Positions 48,960 through 62,467 of a DNA stretch of 64,000 nucleotides are shown piece by piece. Under the pieces are notes generated by a model that saw nothing but the letters and a program-made list of their open reading frames with translations, did not search any database and had not been told where the DNA came from. The stretch comes from Aplysia californica (Eukaryota): NCBI RefSeq assembly GCF_000002075.1, contig NW_004798181.1:184133-248132 (forward strand), read 5' to 3'. A program made the translations under genes and the position numbers. How positions within the stretch are numbered: the stretch's first letter is position 1; each line of letters begins with the position of its first letter.

Positions 48960-51900
48960 GTCGTTATGCTGTTGTTGTTAGCGATCCAATAGCATCTGAG
49001 CGTTATCTCTTCCGCATGATGCCATTCGGTAATAGCTGCATGTCTGTTCTAATTGTTGTCTTGAGGAGTAGAGGAAGTTAGATGTGTGGGGTAGCTTGGG
49101 AAGAAAACATCCCCTTAAATCAGTTAGTTTTCTACAGAAGAACAGATGATGTTTCACTGTCTCTGAGGGGTAGTCACATTGTGGGCAGGCAGCAGACTGC
49201 TTAATTCCAATTCGGTTGAGATGAGGATTGAAGGGTACATCTTGTGTTCTAAGTTGGAAGATTAAGGATTGATATCCCCTCCTCAACTCATTGATTGGAT
49301 CTTTGACCAGTGGTTTATTCATGTGGCCATACATCATCTTTCCAGTCGTACCTGTGGCCCAATCGTTCATCCAGTCTTCCCTGAGGTTTGACTTGATCAT
49401 TTGGCAGCAGGTGGTGTAATCAGTAGGAACATCAGGCTGAGGGAGGCTAGCTCCTTTCTTTGTTAGCGCATCAGCTTTTTCATTTCCCGGTATCCCAGTG
49501 TGGGCAGGAATACATTGTATGATTACTCTGATTTGGTGCCTACTTATCAAGTTATGTAGACTCCAAATCCAGTGTGATATATCTTTGTTCACATCAGTCC
49601 CACTCTCAAGTGTCTCTAGTGTTGAAAGGCTGTCTGTAAAGATAGCAATGTCTGTGGTAGCAAGTGGGTTAGTGTCAAACAAGTAGTTGATGTAGCTTGC
49701 TGTGTTGGTGATGGCCTGCTGTTAGGCAATGAAATTGGAGCAAAAGGACCCGCTGGAGTTGAAGACTTCTTTTTTTTTATCCCGTTGGACAAGTTGATTA
49801 CTGACCCATATCCAGCGTTGCTTGTTGCCTTATAAAGGCAGATCCATCAGTGTATGAGTGGATCCATGTTGGTGGATAGGAATCAATTGTTTCAAGAGCA
49901 GAATATTTTAGTGCCACAGCGTATGTGTTTTTATTGCTCTTGTCCAAAAGTTTTTTCCTAATTTCTGGCTTTGCTATGGTGAGATGTTTCGGAGTGTTCT
50001 ATGGTCTGCTGGGGTAATAATATAGTGTAAAGCGCATAGAACCTGCTGTTGAGCGGGGATATGCGCTATAAAAATGCTATCTATTATTATTATTATTATG
50101 TGGTGGGAGGGTTGAGGGACCTCTTTCCAGAGGGTCTCGTCTGTCAGGGAGGTGATGTTTTTCTTGGAGATTGAGGACAGCGTCAAGTAATGTAGTGTAA
50201 AGCGCATAGAGCCTGTTGTTGAGCGGGGATATTCGCTATACAAATGCTATTTATTATTTATTAAGTACAGATTTTGCATTTTTTAGTCTTTGATTAGGTT
50301 TCCACTTGTCAACAAGAATTCTATTCGGGTGGTTATTTTCTAGTCTTTGAGATATTTCGTATAGAAAGCTGCCCGTTTTCTTGGAGTTTCTAAAGGCTCA
50401 ATATTTGTGTGGATTTCACAGGCCGCATTCTGTGAGGATCTCATTCTGCCAGAGATAAGACGAAGAGCTTGGTTTTAGATGGTGCCCATTGATTTTTTTG
50501 TAGTTTTACTGCAAATGTTTTGTAGAACAAGATTATAATCAAAAACAGCTCTGGTATATCCTAAATAGAGGCCTCTCAGAGTGTTCTTGTCTGATCCCCA
50601 GTTGGCACTGGCTAGTCGTTTGATGAGATTAAGTCTCTTCATAGCCTTCTTCCTGAGGTTTTTGGTGTGTTGTTTCAAGTTGAGCTTGCTATCAAGTTTC
50701 TACTCCAACATACACTGGGTTATTCTCCTATTTCAAGTTGGTACCATCTATTTTGAGAGGGATATCTGCATTTGCAAGGTTATAGCTTCTCATAAAGACA
50801 GAGTAGACAGTTTTTTCGCAATTTACTTTCATCTTCCATGAACGGCAATAGGTTCCTAGGGAATTTAGATCATATTGTAGTGTTCGTCTGTTTATTGTTG
50901 TCGAGTTTCCAGTGTGCCAAAGGACCAGGTCATCAGCAAAAAAGGTCTTTTTCTGTTTTGAGAACATCCGAAACATCATTGAGGAAGACAAGGCATAAGG
51001 TACAGCTGATAGAAGATCCCTGTGGGAGTCCTTCCTCATGTACTGCTTTTGAAGATAGGGTTTCATCCATCTGGGTCAGGATAAGTCTATCTGTAAGGAA
51101 TGATTTAATCCAGGAGTATATGTTTCCCTTGATTCCCATGCTCTGCAGTTTTAAGAGTAGTCCTTTCCTCCACACTCTATTGTAGGCTTGTTGGAGATCC
51201 ACAAACACAGTCATTGTCTGTTCCCTTCTTTGAAATCCATCAATGATTTTCTGTGTAAGCTTAAAGAGCTGGTCTTCTGTTCTGCCTTTTGACCTGAACC
51301 CTGCTTGACACTCTGACATCAGACCTGAAGACTCAAGCCACCAATAAAGACGAGAATTGAGGATTCTTTCACAGAGCTTGCCAATACAGGACGTAAGTGA
51401 TATTGGACGGTAGTTTCCAATACAGGACGTGAGTGATATTGGACGGTAGTTTCCAATACAGGACGTGAGTGATATTGGACGGTAGTTTCCAATACAGGAC
51501 GTGAGTGATATTGGGCGGTAGTTTCCAATACAGGACGTGAGTGATATTGGGCGGTAGTTTCCAATACAGGACGTGAGTGATATTGGNNNNNNNNNNNNNN
51601 NNNNNNNNNNNNNNNNNNNNNNNNNNNNNNNNNNNNNNNNNNNNNNNNNNNNNNNNNNNNNNNNNNNNNNNNNNNNNNNNNNNNNNACCCTGCTTGACAC
51701 TGTGGCATCAGACCTGAACCCTGCTTGACACTGTGACATCAGACCTGAACCCTGCTTGACACTGTGACATCAGACCTGAACCCTGCTTGACACTGTGGCA
51801 TCAGACCTGAACCCTGCTTGACACTGTGACATCAGACCTGAACCCTGCTTGACACTGTGGCATCAGACCTGAACCCTGCTTGACACTGTGGCATCAGACC

Positions 51901-53415
51901 TGAACCCTGCTTGACACTGTGGCATCAGACCTGAACCCTGCTTGACACTGTGGCATCAGACCTGAACCCTGCTTGACACTGTGGCATCAGACCTGAACCC
52001 TGCTTGACACTGTGGCATCAGACCTGAACCCTGCTTGACACTGTGATATCAGACCTGAACCCTGCTTGACACTGTGGCATCAGACCTGAACCCTGCTTGA
52101 CACTGTGGCATCAGACCTGAACCCTGCTTGACACTGTGGCATCAGACCTGAACCCTGCTTGACACTGTGACATCAGACCTGAACCCTGCTTGACACTGTG
52201 ACATCAGACCTGAACCCTGCTTGACACTGTGATATCAGACCTGAACCCTGCTTGACACTGTGATATCAGACCTGAAGACTCAAGCCACCAATAAAGACGA
52301 GAATTGAGGATTCTTTCAGAGAGTTTGCCAATACAGGACGTAAGTGATATTGGGCGGTAGTTTCCAATACAGGACGTAAGTGATATTGGGCGGTAGTTTC
52401 CAATACAGGACGTGAGTGATATTGGGCGGTAGTTTCCAATACAGGACGTGAGTGATATTGGGCGGTAGTTTCCAATACAGGACGTAAGTGATATTGGGCG
52501 GTAGTTTCCAATACAGGACGTGAGTGATATTGGACGGTAGTTTCCAATACAGGACGTGAGTGATATTGGACGGTAGTTTCCAATACAGGACGTGAGTGAT
52601 ATTGGGCGGTAGTTTCCAATACAGGACGTGAGTGATATTGGGCGGTAGTTTCCAATACAGGACGTAAGTGATATTGGGCGGTAGTTTCCAATACAGGACG
52701 TAAGTGATATTGGGCGGTAGTTTCCAATACAGGACGTGAGTGATATTGGGCGGTAGTTTCCAATACAGGACGTGAGTGATATTGGACGGTAGTTTCCAAT
52801 ACAGGACGTAAGTGATATTGGACGGTAGTTTCCAATACAGGACGTAAGTGATATTGGGCGGTAGTTTTTAGGGTCCTTGGCCTTCTTTCCTCTCTTTAAG
52901 AGTGGGTTTATAGTAGCTAGTGTCCATGCTTTAGGCAGTCATTGGCCTTCTTTCCTCTCTTTAAGAGTGGGTTTACAGTAGCTAGTTTCCATGCTTTAGG
53001 CAGTCATTGGCCTTCTTTCCTCTCTTTAAGAGTGGGTTTATAGTAGCTAGTTTCCATGCTTTAGGCAGTCATTGGCCTTCTTTCCTCTCTGTAAGAGTGG
53101 GTTTATAGTAGCTAGTTTCCATGCTTTAGGCAGACTTCCCTCAGTCCATGTTCTGTTGTAGAGCTTAACAAGTAGCAATTTGACTTTTTCACCAAGGTTT
53201 TGTAGCATCTCATTGTGGACTTTATCAGGACCTGGGCTTTTTTGCTTCTTTAGTTTCTGGATTGCAGTCCAACTCTCGCTTAGTTAAGAAGTCTTGGAAG
53301 ATACTCGGTGTCATCAAATCTCTCTCTTTTCCTTTCAGAACACTCAGTAGACCCCTGTCCAGGTCATTTCTTTTGCTGCTTTAGTTAATGGAGGCAAAAT
53401 GTTTATTGAAGGGTT
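48960..53415 (-). mobile_element. Degenerate non-LTR retrotransposon (I/Nimb-like clade: RT + RNase H), with SINE insertions and internal tandem amplifications
   Basis: NYRPISLTSCIGKLCERIL, QAGFR, VFVDLQQAYNRVW, GLPQGS, FADDLVLW, LNLIKRLASANWG; RNase H IFTDSLS...IPAHTGIPGNEKADALTK; C-terminal CPQC..ETVKH knuckle; many frameshifts. Confidence 0.9.
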
Positions 53416-53417
53416 CA

Positions 53418-55185
53418 GCCACTCAGCCTGTGTAAGTAATGTAGGAGACAACTATTGACCACACAGTCTGTGTAAGTAATGTAGGAGACAACTATTGACC
53501 ACTCAGCCTGTGTAAGTAATGTAGGAGACAACTATTGACCACACAGCCTGTGTAAGTAATGTAGGAGACAACTATTGACCACTCAGCCTGTGTAATGTAG
53601 GAGACAACTATTGACCACACAGTCTGTGTAATGTAGGAGACAACTATTGACCACACAGCCTGTGTAAGTAATGTAGGAGACAACTATTGACCACACAGTC
53701 TGTGTAAGTAATGTAGGAGACAACTATTGACCACACAGCCTGTGTAATGTAGGAGACAACTATTGACCACACAGCCTGTGTAAGTAATGTAGGAGACAAC
53801 TATTGACCACACAGTCTGTGTAAGTAATGTAGGAGACAACTATTGACCACACAGTCTGTGTAAGTAATGTAGGAGACAACTATTGACCACACAGCCTGGG
53901 TAATGTAGGAGACAACTATTGACCACTCAGCCTGTGTAATGTAGGAGACAACTATTGACCACACAGCCTGTGTAAGTAATGTAGGAGACAACTATTGACC
54001 ACACAGCCTGTGTAATGTAGGAGACAACTATTGACCACTCAGCCTGTGTAATGTAGGAGACAACTATTGACCACACAGTCTGTGTAATGTAGGAGACAAC
54101 TATTGACCACTCAGCCTGTGTAAGTAATGTAGGAGACAACTATTGACCACACAGTNNNNNNNNNNNNNNNNNNNNNNNNNNNNNNNNNNNNNNNNNNNNN
54201 NNNNNNNNNNNNNNNNNNNNNNNNNNNNNNNNNNNNNNNNNNNNNNNNNNNNNNNAAAGAGGGGGGGGGGGTATTAACATGTTTTTATGCACAGTAGAAT
54301 TGCAAATGGGCTGATTTATCGAAGTTAATATGCGTATACTGTTTCGGAACAACTTAGGGGGAACTGCTGCTTTTTCTTTCCTCATCCTTACTATCGTCAT
54401 TTTTCCTCAACTCTTTTTGGTATGTTTGTCACTCTCTTGTGAACTGTTATTTCCGGGATGCCTTGATAGTCGAAGAAGACTTTGTGCTATTAGGGCTAGA
54501 GAGGTGAGCAGAGTAAGCCTGATTCCCTAATGGGACCTCTCTGTTGACATCCACCCCTTGGCGCTCATATGACATTTTGCAGCTTCATGCAAAACCAACA
54601 CCAGAGATATCTCAAACACAATTCGGCTTCGTTCTCGACAAGGGCAACAGAAACGCTATAATTCACAACAGTCAATGGAAAAATGTATTGAATTGCATAA
54701 CGATCTGAATTTAGTGGCGTCGGTGGCCTAGTGGTTAGGCTCTCGGACTCGCAACCGTAAGGTCGTGGGTTCGAATCCCGTCAGGNNNNNNNNNNNNNNN
54801 NNNNNNNNNNNNNNNNNNNNNNNNNNNNNNNNNNNNNNNNNNNNNNNNNNNNNNNNNNNNNNNNNNNNNNNNNNNNNNNNNNNNNNNNNNNNNNNNNNNN
54901 NNNNNNNNNNNNNNNNNNNNNNNNNNNNNNNNNNNNNTGACCACACAGTCTGTGTAAGTAATGTAGGAGACAACTATTGACCACACAGTCTGTGTAAGTA
55001 ATGTAGGAGACAACTATTGACCACACAGTCTGTGTAAGTAATGTAGGAGACAACTATTGACCACTCAGCCTGTGTAATGTAGGAGACAACTATTGACCAC
55101 ACAGCCTGTGTAAGTAATGTAGGAGACAACTATTGACCACACAGCCTGTGTAAGTAATGTAGGAGACAACTATTGACCACACAGC
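53418..55185. repeat. 34/40-bp minisatellite (TGTAGGAGACAACTATTGACCACACAGCCTGTGTAA[GTAA]) in the SON intron, split by gaps
   Basis: Tandem array starting a few bases from the SON exon donor. Confidence 0.93.
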
Positions 55186-55194
55186 ACAACTCAC

Positions 55195-55310
55195 CTTAAA
55201 GAGAAAATTCTTTTTGTGATCCGGCCCACTCTCACTGACAACGGTAAATGCCGGCGGTCCCCACCTCCTCTTGTTACAAAGCTCCATCAAGGCAGAGACT
55301 GGGTGTTTGT
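55195..55310 (-). CDS. SON: SON dsRBD exon
   Basis: ttttcag|(N)KHPVSALMELCNKRRWGPPAFTVVSESGPDHKKNFLFK|gtgagt. Confidence 0.95.
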
Positions 55311-55321
55311 CTGAAAATACA

Positions 55322-55725
55322 CCATCATCACCATCATCACCATCATCATCATCATCATCATCCAGTGCCAGATCTGCGACAGACATCGGCGATCATGGTT
55401 CTCCATTCTTCATTTGCTCAGATGCTCTTAAAAAAGCTGCGTTTCCCTGATCTTTCCCTGTTACCCATTTGTTTAGGGTCCTTAAGTAGATTGCTCTGGG
55501 CCTACCCCTCACTCGCTTGCCCTCAATTTTGCCAGTGAGAGCTAGATGTTCAAGACCCTTATGTCTATTCAGGTGTCCCAAAAACTGCCTTTGTCGTCTC
55601 CTGATTGTTTTTAACATTGAGCGTCCCACGTGGGCTTCATCAAGAACTACCTCATGTGATTTCTTTTCCTTCCACGATATTCTCAGCAGTCTCCTAAGAA
55701 ACCACATTTCTGTTGCTTCTATTTT
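55322..55725 (-). mobile_element. 5'-truncated RTE-clade LINE with (GAT)n tail
   Basis: EMWFLRRLLRISWKEKKSHEVVL...RRRQRQFLGHLNRH...LTGKIEGKRVRGRPR, a typical RTE ORF C-terminus. Confidence 0.88.
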
Positions 55726-56629
55726 ACAAACAGCATTTCAGAACGTTCACTAGAAGAGAACAGAAAAAGATTTCCCAAGAAAATACAAAAATACCAAACA
55801 GAATCCTATGTTGTTGTTGTTTTCAAATCCCTTTAGCTGCGAGCATTTCGCTCTTGGCAGCGCAATGCCTGTCTCAAACAGAATCCTATAGACAATAGAA
55901 GAGACATCAAACAGACACCTCACTGTTATTTTCTTCTTTGTTTTTTCAGGTCCTATTGTAGGAAAGAACAGAGTCCCTAAACACGCAGACGACGAAATCC
56001 CTCTAGCCCTTTGTGCCTGTCACAGAATCTAGGTCAGCACGAGAGCCTTGTTATATTATATATTGCCCAGCGTTAAGCTTCGATCTAATTAAAGTAAATC
56101 AGTAGTGTACACAACAGTTCCAGCAGTTTGGTATTTCTTTAGAACAATAAACACACCCTTCTCAGTCAAGACTTTTGTTGTCCAGGTCAATCCTGTAGTT
56201 GTCTGAAGTTTGTAGACCTACTAACATTTCTAACAAGCGTGTCAGACTGTGTGTCATACGCTACACAAGCAGTTCTATCACACAGTAATAAGTTCATGTA
56301 TATGACATAACATGTACTGGTAGGGAGCTGTACCGTGACATAAAAGGTTTTGAGCGGGAAAAAAAAATAGATAAAAACTTCCCAGCTGGCAGAAAAATGT
56401 CAGTCTCAAGGATCTGATCATCTTGCCAAGTGCTTCATTTCACCAGGACAACAAACATACAGTCTATGGCAGGCACAGAATAAACAAAACAACAACCCTG
56501 AAACAACAAATTGAACAAGCGCACATGCTGCTGAATCAAATGGCTATCATGAAGCCATTCAATATGTTTGTCTAACTGTTTGTTGGCCTTGTCTGTCTGT
56601 TTGTGTTTTCGTAAGACTGCGACACTCAC

Positions 56630-56704
56630 TGGAAAGATCCTTGGCTCTGGGTTGTTGTGGCTGACAGTTCCTGCCTTTCTGAGTCTCCGTCGAAGCTTGC
56701 AGGC
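56630..56704 (-). CDS. SON: SON linker exon
   Basis: tgctag|(G)LQASTETQKGRNCQPQQPRAKDLS+A|gtgagt; phases fit both neighbours. Confidence 0.85.
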
Positions 56705-57759
56705 CTAGCAAAGACATCGTGGAAATTTTAGGTACAACAAAAATCGACACAAAAACAGACTTCCTTGATTCAGTACACACAGGACAGCCCAAAACTTGTT
56801 CATCTATCTCTCTCTCTCTCTCTCTGTCTCTCTCAGTCTCTTTATATATATTGTTAATATATATTTAAATATATATATTCGCATAGACTCAACTGAAAGG
56901 CCAATTTTTCCTTACACACGGGTGTACATACAAAAGAAATCTGTGCATTCCAGGTCTACTTTCAGGCACTTTGAATTTTTTTCTGTGTGGTACCTAATCA
57001 TATGATATATATATATAACGCATTATGTTTACACGCTAATCAACTTAAGATTCAATGACAATTATCGTACTTCATACTGAAAACGTGCAAAACTCAACTG
57101 TATTATTGTCTAGGTGTTCCCATCACACCAAGTGGTAGGCTCTAGGAAGAATTCACTTCACTTACAGAATCATTTGCCCCNNNNNNNNNNNNNNNNNNNN
57201 NNNNNNNNNNNNNNNNNNNNNNNNNNNNNNNNNNNNNNNNNNNNNNNNNNNNNNNNNNNNNNNNNNNNNNNNNNNNNNNNNNNNNNNNNNNNNNNNNNNN
57301 NNNNNNNNNNNNNNNNNNNNNNNNNNNNNNNNNNNNNNNNNNNNNNNNNNNNNNNNNNNNNNNNNNNNNNNNNNNNNNNNNNNNNNNNNNNNNNNNNNNN
57401 NNNNNNNNNNNNNNNNNNNNNNNNNNNNNNNNNNNNNNNNNNNNNNNNNNNNNNNNNNNNNNNNNNNNNNNNNNNNNNNNNNNNNNNNNNNNNNNNNNNN
57501 NNNNNNNNNNNNNNNNNNNNNNNNNNNNNNNNNNNNNNNNNNNNNNNNNNNNNNNNNNNNNNNNNNNNNNNNNNNNNNNNNNNNNNNNNNNNNNNNNNNN
57601 NNNNNNNNNNNNNNNNNNNNNNNNNNNNNNNNNNNNNNNNNNNNNNNNNNNNNNNNNNNNNNNNNNNNNNNNNNNNNNNNNNNNNNNNNNNNNNNNNNNN
57701 NNNNNNNNNNNNNNNNNNNNNNNNNNNNNNNNNNNNNNNNNNNNNNNNNNNNNGCTTAC

Positions 57760-57907
57760 CTTTGCGGTCTATTTTGATATCCAACATAAGAGGCTCCTTG
57801 TTGCCTTCGTTGTTCTTGCCCAAACCTTCTCCTAGCTTCCAGCCCATCTTCTGCAGCAAGAACATCCCGATGCCGCCGTTGACGGGCGCGGCTTGCAAGA
57901 ACTGACT
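57760..57907 (-). CDS. SON: SON G-patch exon
   Basis: gacag|SQFLQAAPVNGGIGMFLLQKMGWKLGEGLGKNNEGNKEPLMLDIKIDRK+G|gtaagc. Confidence 0.95.
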
Positions 57908-60342
57908 CTGTCCACACAACATCCAATCACTTAGTTCCAAACACTCTCATCATTTGGCTAACATAACAATGGTCAAGAAATAATAGGGAACAGGTCGGCA
58001 ATCTAAGCTTTTATCCCAAGTACAGACCTAGATTAGATCTCTAGAGTGTAGCTGACAGCACAAAGTGGACTCCCCCAACCCTAGGCCTACACTTCCGGGT
58101 TGTCAGCCTTTCCTAGAGACTTTTATCATTTTGGGAAAAATTGACAAAAACAACAAAACTTTAATATACCTTACCTAAATTTGGTACTCATTTTATTCAA
58201 ACCTTCATTTGTGTGCATAACAAATTTGATGGCAAAATATGTCATAGTTTTTACGCAATACTCCTGGTGGAAAAAGGTCCGAGTACAGAGTCAAAAAGTT
58301 AACAAAAAGCGCAGAAAGGAAGTGCGTTCAAATTTCGCATCCCCTCCCATGGTTCACGAGCATAGCTTTCTTTGTTCTATATTTGGGCTTACATTACAGG
58401 TCATAGCCTGTTTCAAATGGAAAATGCTTCCTCTTTCCAATAAGCCTATAGTCTGCTCAACTCAAAAACTAGTGTTTTCAGTCACAAGAGCAAAATTTTC
58501 CATACCGATACTGTTGGCGTTGGGGTTGGAGCGTTTCGCACACATACCGACATTATCAGCACACATCGACATTATCAGCACACACCGACATTATCAGCAC
58601 ATAGCGACATTATCAGTGGTAGGGCAGGGTGAGTTAACCCCCCGAGAGTCAGCTTAATAACGGCCCTATTTACAGGTGAAAGAACACCTGTGGACTGTAG
58701 CCATACGACTGGGATCACAGCGGAAAAACTTTTCCTAATTTCTTCTGAACTGGTGAAAAAAACAACTAGTGAGGCAAAGGTCTCAAGGCGTTTTAAAATA
58801 GCGAAAGGTCAATGCAGTCAATGACCTCAATCCTCTTTTTGCTTCACTTTCTCATGGGAATAGATTATTTTTTACTACAAACCATTTCCAACAGAGAGTG
58901 TCGGCCCTTTCAGCTGACACCATTCACTGGCATGTTGCATTCAAGCAAAGGCATCCTTGACTTCAAGCAGTGGGTACTCCATGACAGGCTTTCTCTTTAA
59001 CCCATTACCAGAGGTAGCCTTGACTCATTCAAAATACCAAGGCTATGACTTACCCATTCTTAGATGTTGGAACATTTCAGGGGAGGGGACTAGAAGCATG
59101 TATGGACTTAAAGATGGGATTCGCAGGAGGATAATTTTGAGAAAATAGACCTACCTACGCCCTCAATATTTTACTGGCTTTCTCGAAAGCCAAGAAACTG
59201 CCTACACGACAACAGCACTTGGTCCCTAGTCCCATTCAAAGACTTCCCAAACCCACCCGCTTCCTCTTCCATAACACCAGAACTACAGTCAGGATAAGGT
59301 GACTGGGGGTCATCAAATTAAACCTGAAAAGTTGAACATGTTTGAGAGCTACAGAATAAAGTGTGTACATCAAACAACTTTAGCGAGTCCAGAATATGGT
59401 CCACAATCCGATTGTCCTTTCCCAGAGAAGCACAACTTCTCCAGAGAACTTTGGAAGTTTCTGACAGGGAAGGAGAGCAAGGGGCGCTATTGCTTGCCCG
59501 TGGACAAAGTTGCATCATGTACACACCCTATTCAAGGAACAGTTTTCAAGTGTGAGCCGGTGCGTACCACCACACTAGCCTCCAGCCTCACGGCGGGGGA
59601 TGCTTCAAGCACACACAGGACGGGGAGGTGAGCTGGCAGCTAGTGTGGTGGTACGCAGCCAAGCTCCGACTCCTGGACGAAGGCCTCCATGGACAGGAAA
59701 CCTGTAAAAGAACATGGAAAGTTCCGTACAGGCGACAGCCATAAACCATGCTCAGGAGATAAGTGCCCATGTCATGTGTAGGAGAAATTTCACTAGAATC
59801 ACATTCATGAGGCTGCAATGACAGTACTATGTAAATAGCTCTGAGATAAAAATCCGTTGAAAGCTTTTTTTTTTTTGCTGAGATTCAAATTCTCTAGTAA
59901 GAAACACAGGTAAAAAGAACCCAACGTCCCTGGGGACAAAAGATGCAAAATATGACATGGGCATTTATCTAGGAGCATAGCATAGGCTTTCGCAATAAGT
60001 GGAAAACTTCAGAACAAACACTTTAGTCTACGTAAAACGATTTTTTATAGCCAATTCCAGTCACATTTATAATCAGGCAAAAAAATCCATAAATGAATGA
60101 TGAAACTTTCATCTCTTGACCTTCCCATTCTCAGAAGTTGGAACATTTCAGAGGAGGGGGTCAAGAGTTGCATCTCCTTCTCCGATGGGGAAGTCATAAT
60201 GCAATTGCAAAAAGAAGCACCCTTGTCTGAAGAGGAAAAGACACAGATCAAAACTTTTTTTAAAATCACAATCTAAACCTGCAGATGCTCAACTGCTCAA
60301 AATTGAGCATTGTAAAAATCTGCAAGGATTAAACAAACTACT

Positions 60343-61650
60343 CTTCTGATGGTACACATTACCTCTGTCAGACAACACAACACAACACACAGCACAACAC
60401 GACACAACACACGTGTCCTCTGATGGTACACATTACCTCTATCAGACAACACAACACAACACACAGCACAACACGACACAACACACGTGTCCTCTGATGG
60501 TACACATTACCTCTGTCAGACAACACAACACAACATACAACACACAACACGACACGTGTCCTCTGATGGTACACATTACCTCTATCAGACAACACAACAC
60601 AACATACAACACACAACACGACACGTGTCCTCTGATGGTACACATTACCTCTGTCAGACAACACAACACAACATACAACACAACACGACACAACACACGT
60701 GTCCTCTGATGGTACACATTACCTCNNNNNNNNNNNNNNNNNNNNNNNNNNNNNNNNNNNNNNNNNNNNNNNNNNNNNNNNNNNNNNNNNNNNNNNNNNN
60801 NNNNNNNNNNNNNNNNNNNNNNNNNNNNNNNNNNNNNNNNNNNNNNNNNNNNNNNNNNNNNNNNNNNNNNNNNNNNNNNNNNNNNNNNNNNNNNNNNNNN
60901 NNNNNNNNNNNNNNNNNNNNNNNNNNNNNNNNNNNNNNNNNNNNNNNNNNNNNNNNNNNNNNNNNNNNNNNNNNNNNNNNNNNNNNNNNNNNNNNNNNNN
61001 NNNNNNNNNNNNNNNNNNNNNNNNNNNNNNNNNNNNNNNNNNNNNNNNNNNNNNNNNNNNNNNNNNNNNNNNNNNNNNNNNNNNNNNNNNNNNNNNNNNN
61101 NNNNNNNNNNNNNNNNNNNNNNNNNNNNNNNNNNNNNNNNNNNNNNNNNNNNNNNNNNNNNNNNNNNNNNNNNNNNNNNNNNNNNNNNNNNNNNNNNNNN
61201 AACATTTCAGAGGAGGGGGTCAAGAGTTGCATCTCCTTCTCCGATGGGGAAGTCATAATGCAATTGCAAAAAGAAGCACCCTTGTCTGAAGAGGAAAAGA
61301 CACAGATCAAAACTTTTTTTAAAATCACAATCTAAACCTGCAGATGCTCAACTGCTCAAAATTGAGCATTGTAAAAATCTGCAAGGATTAAACAAACTAC
61401 TCTTCTGATGGTACACATTACCTCTGTCAGACAACACAACACAACACACAGCACAACACGACACAACACACGTGTCCTCTGATGGTACACATTACCTCTA
61501 TCAGACAACACAACACAACACACAGCACAACACGACACAACACACGTGTCCTCTGATGGTACACATTACCTCTATCAGACAACACAACACAACACAACAC
61601 AACACAACACAACACACCTGTCCTCTGATGGTACACGTCACCTCTATCAG
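60343..61650. repeat. ~70-bp minisatellite with CACAA subrepeats, duplicated across a gap
   Basis: CCTCTGATGGTACACATTACCTCT[G/A]TCAGACAACACAAC... units. Confidence 0.9.
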
Positions 61651-61929
61651 GCAAAGATGGCTCATGTTGAGGCAGCAAAAAGTGCCACCGGGTAAAATCT
61701 TTTATCTTTTCTTTCACCAATTCATGGCCAAGTGAATGGGGCAATGATACCACCCCCCACCCCCCGCCCCGTCTAAACAGTTCCCAGGCAAAAACTGGTA
61801 AACAATTCATCAAGCCAGGGTTCCCACTACAGCAGCAGCAGACTAGGAGTCACAAGTTCAGGGTTGGAAAAGAGAAACCGTTCCCTCCACTACAGCACTA
61901 ATACTGTGTGTTTTACCTACAATGGCAAT

Positions 61930-62280
61930 TCATTTGAAAGATGTGATGTCTTTCTGATGTAATGCGCATTGAGCATTTGAAAGATGTGATGTCTTTCTGA
62001 TGTAATGCGCATTGAGCATTTGAAAGATGTGATGTCTTTCTGATGTAATGCGCATTGAGCATTTGAAAGATGTGATGTCTTTCTGATGTAACGCGCATTG
62101 AGCATTTGAAAGATGTGATGTCTTTCTGATGTAATGCGCATTGAGCATTTGAAAGATGTGATGTCTTTCTGATGTAATGCGCATTGAGCATTTGAAAGAT
62201 GTGATGTCTTTCTGATGTAATGCGCATTGAGCATTTGAAAGATGTGATGTCTTTCTGATGTAATGTGCATTGAGCATTTT
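61930..62280. repeat. 43-bp minisatellite (~8 copies)
   Basis: CATTTGAAAGATGTGATGTCTTTCTGATGTAATGCGCATTGAG. Confidence 0.95.
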
Positions 62281-62347
62281 TGAGACAATGGGAAGGCGCA
62301 GCATAAAAGATATTTATTATTATTATTATGATGATGATTATTCTTAC

Positions 62348-62467
62348 CTTCTTGGCCCAGGCCTGGTGCCGTCTGTCTCCAAGCAACTGCTCCTGGGAGA
62401 GCACCTGTGCCCCCGTGCTGCCCAGGAACTGGCCCGGCAGGTGTTGGGAGGATGCCCACTTGTTGGC
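62348..62467 (-). CDS. SON: SON exon
   Basis: ccacag|ANKWASSQHLPGQFLGSTGAQVLSQEQLLGDRRHQAWAKK|gtaaga; matches SON PGQFTGSTGVQVLTQEQL..QAWIKK. Confidence 0.92.

Noticed and set aside
51381-52866. 36-bp and 31-bp repeats beside a reverse transcriptase, superficially CRISPR-, DGR- or retron-like
   Set aside because: The units are head-to-tail with no spacers and are copies of the LINE coding sequence itself; eukaryotic context and no cas genes
58180-59830. Several 60-158 aa ORFs in the SON intron
   Set aside because: No recognisable domains or consistent splice structure
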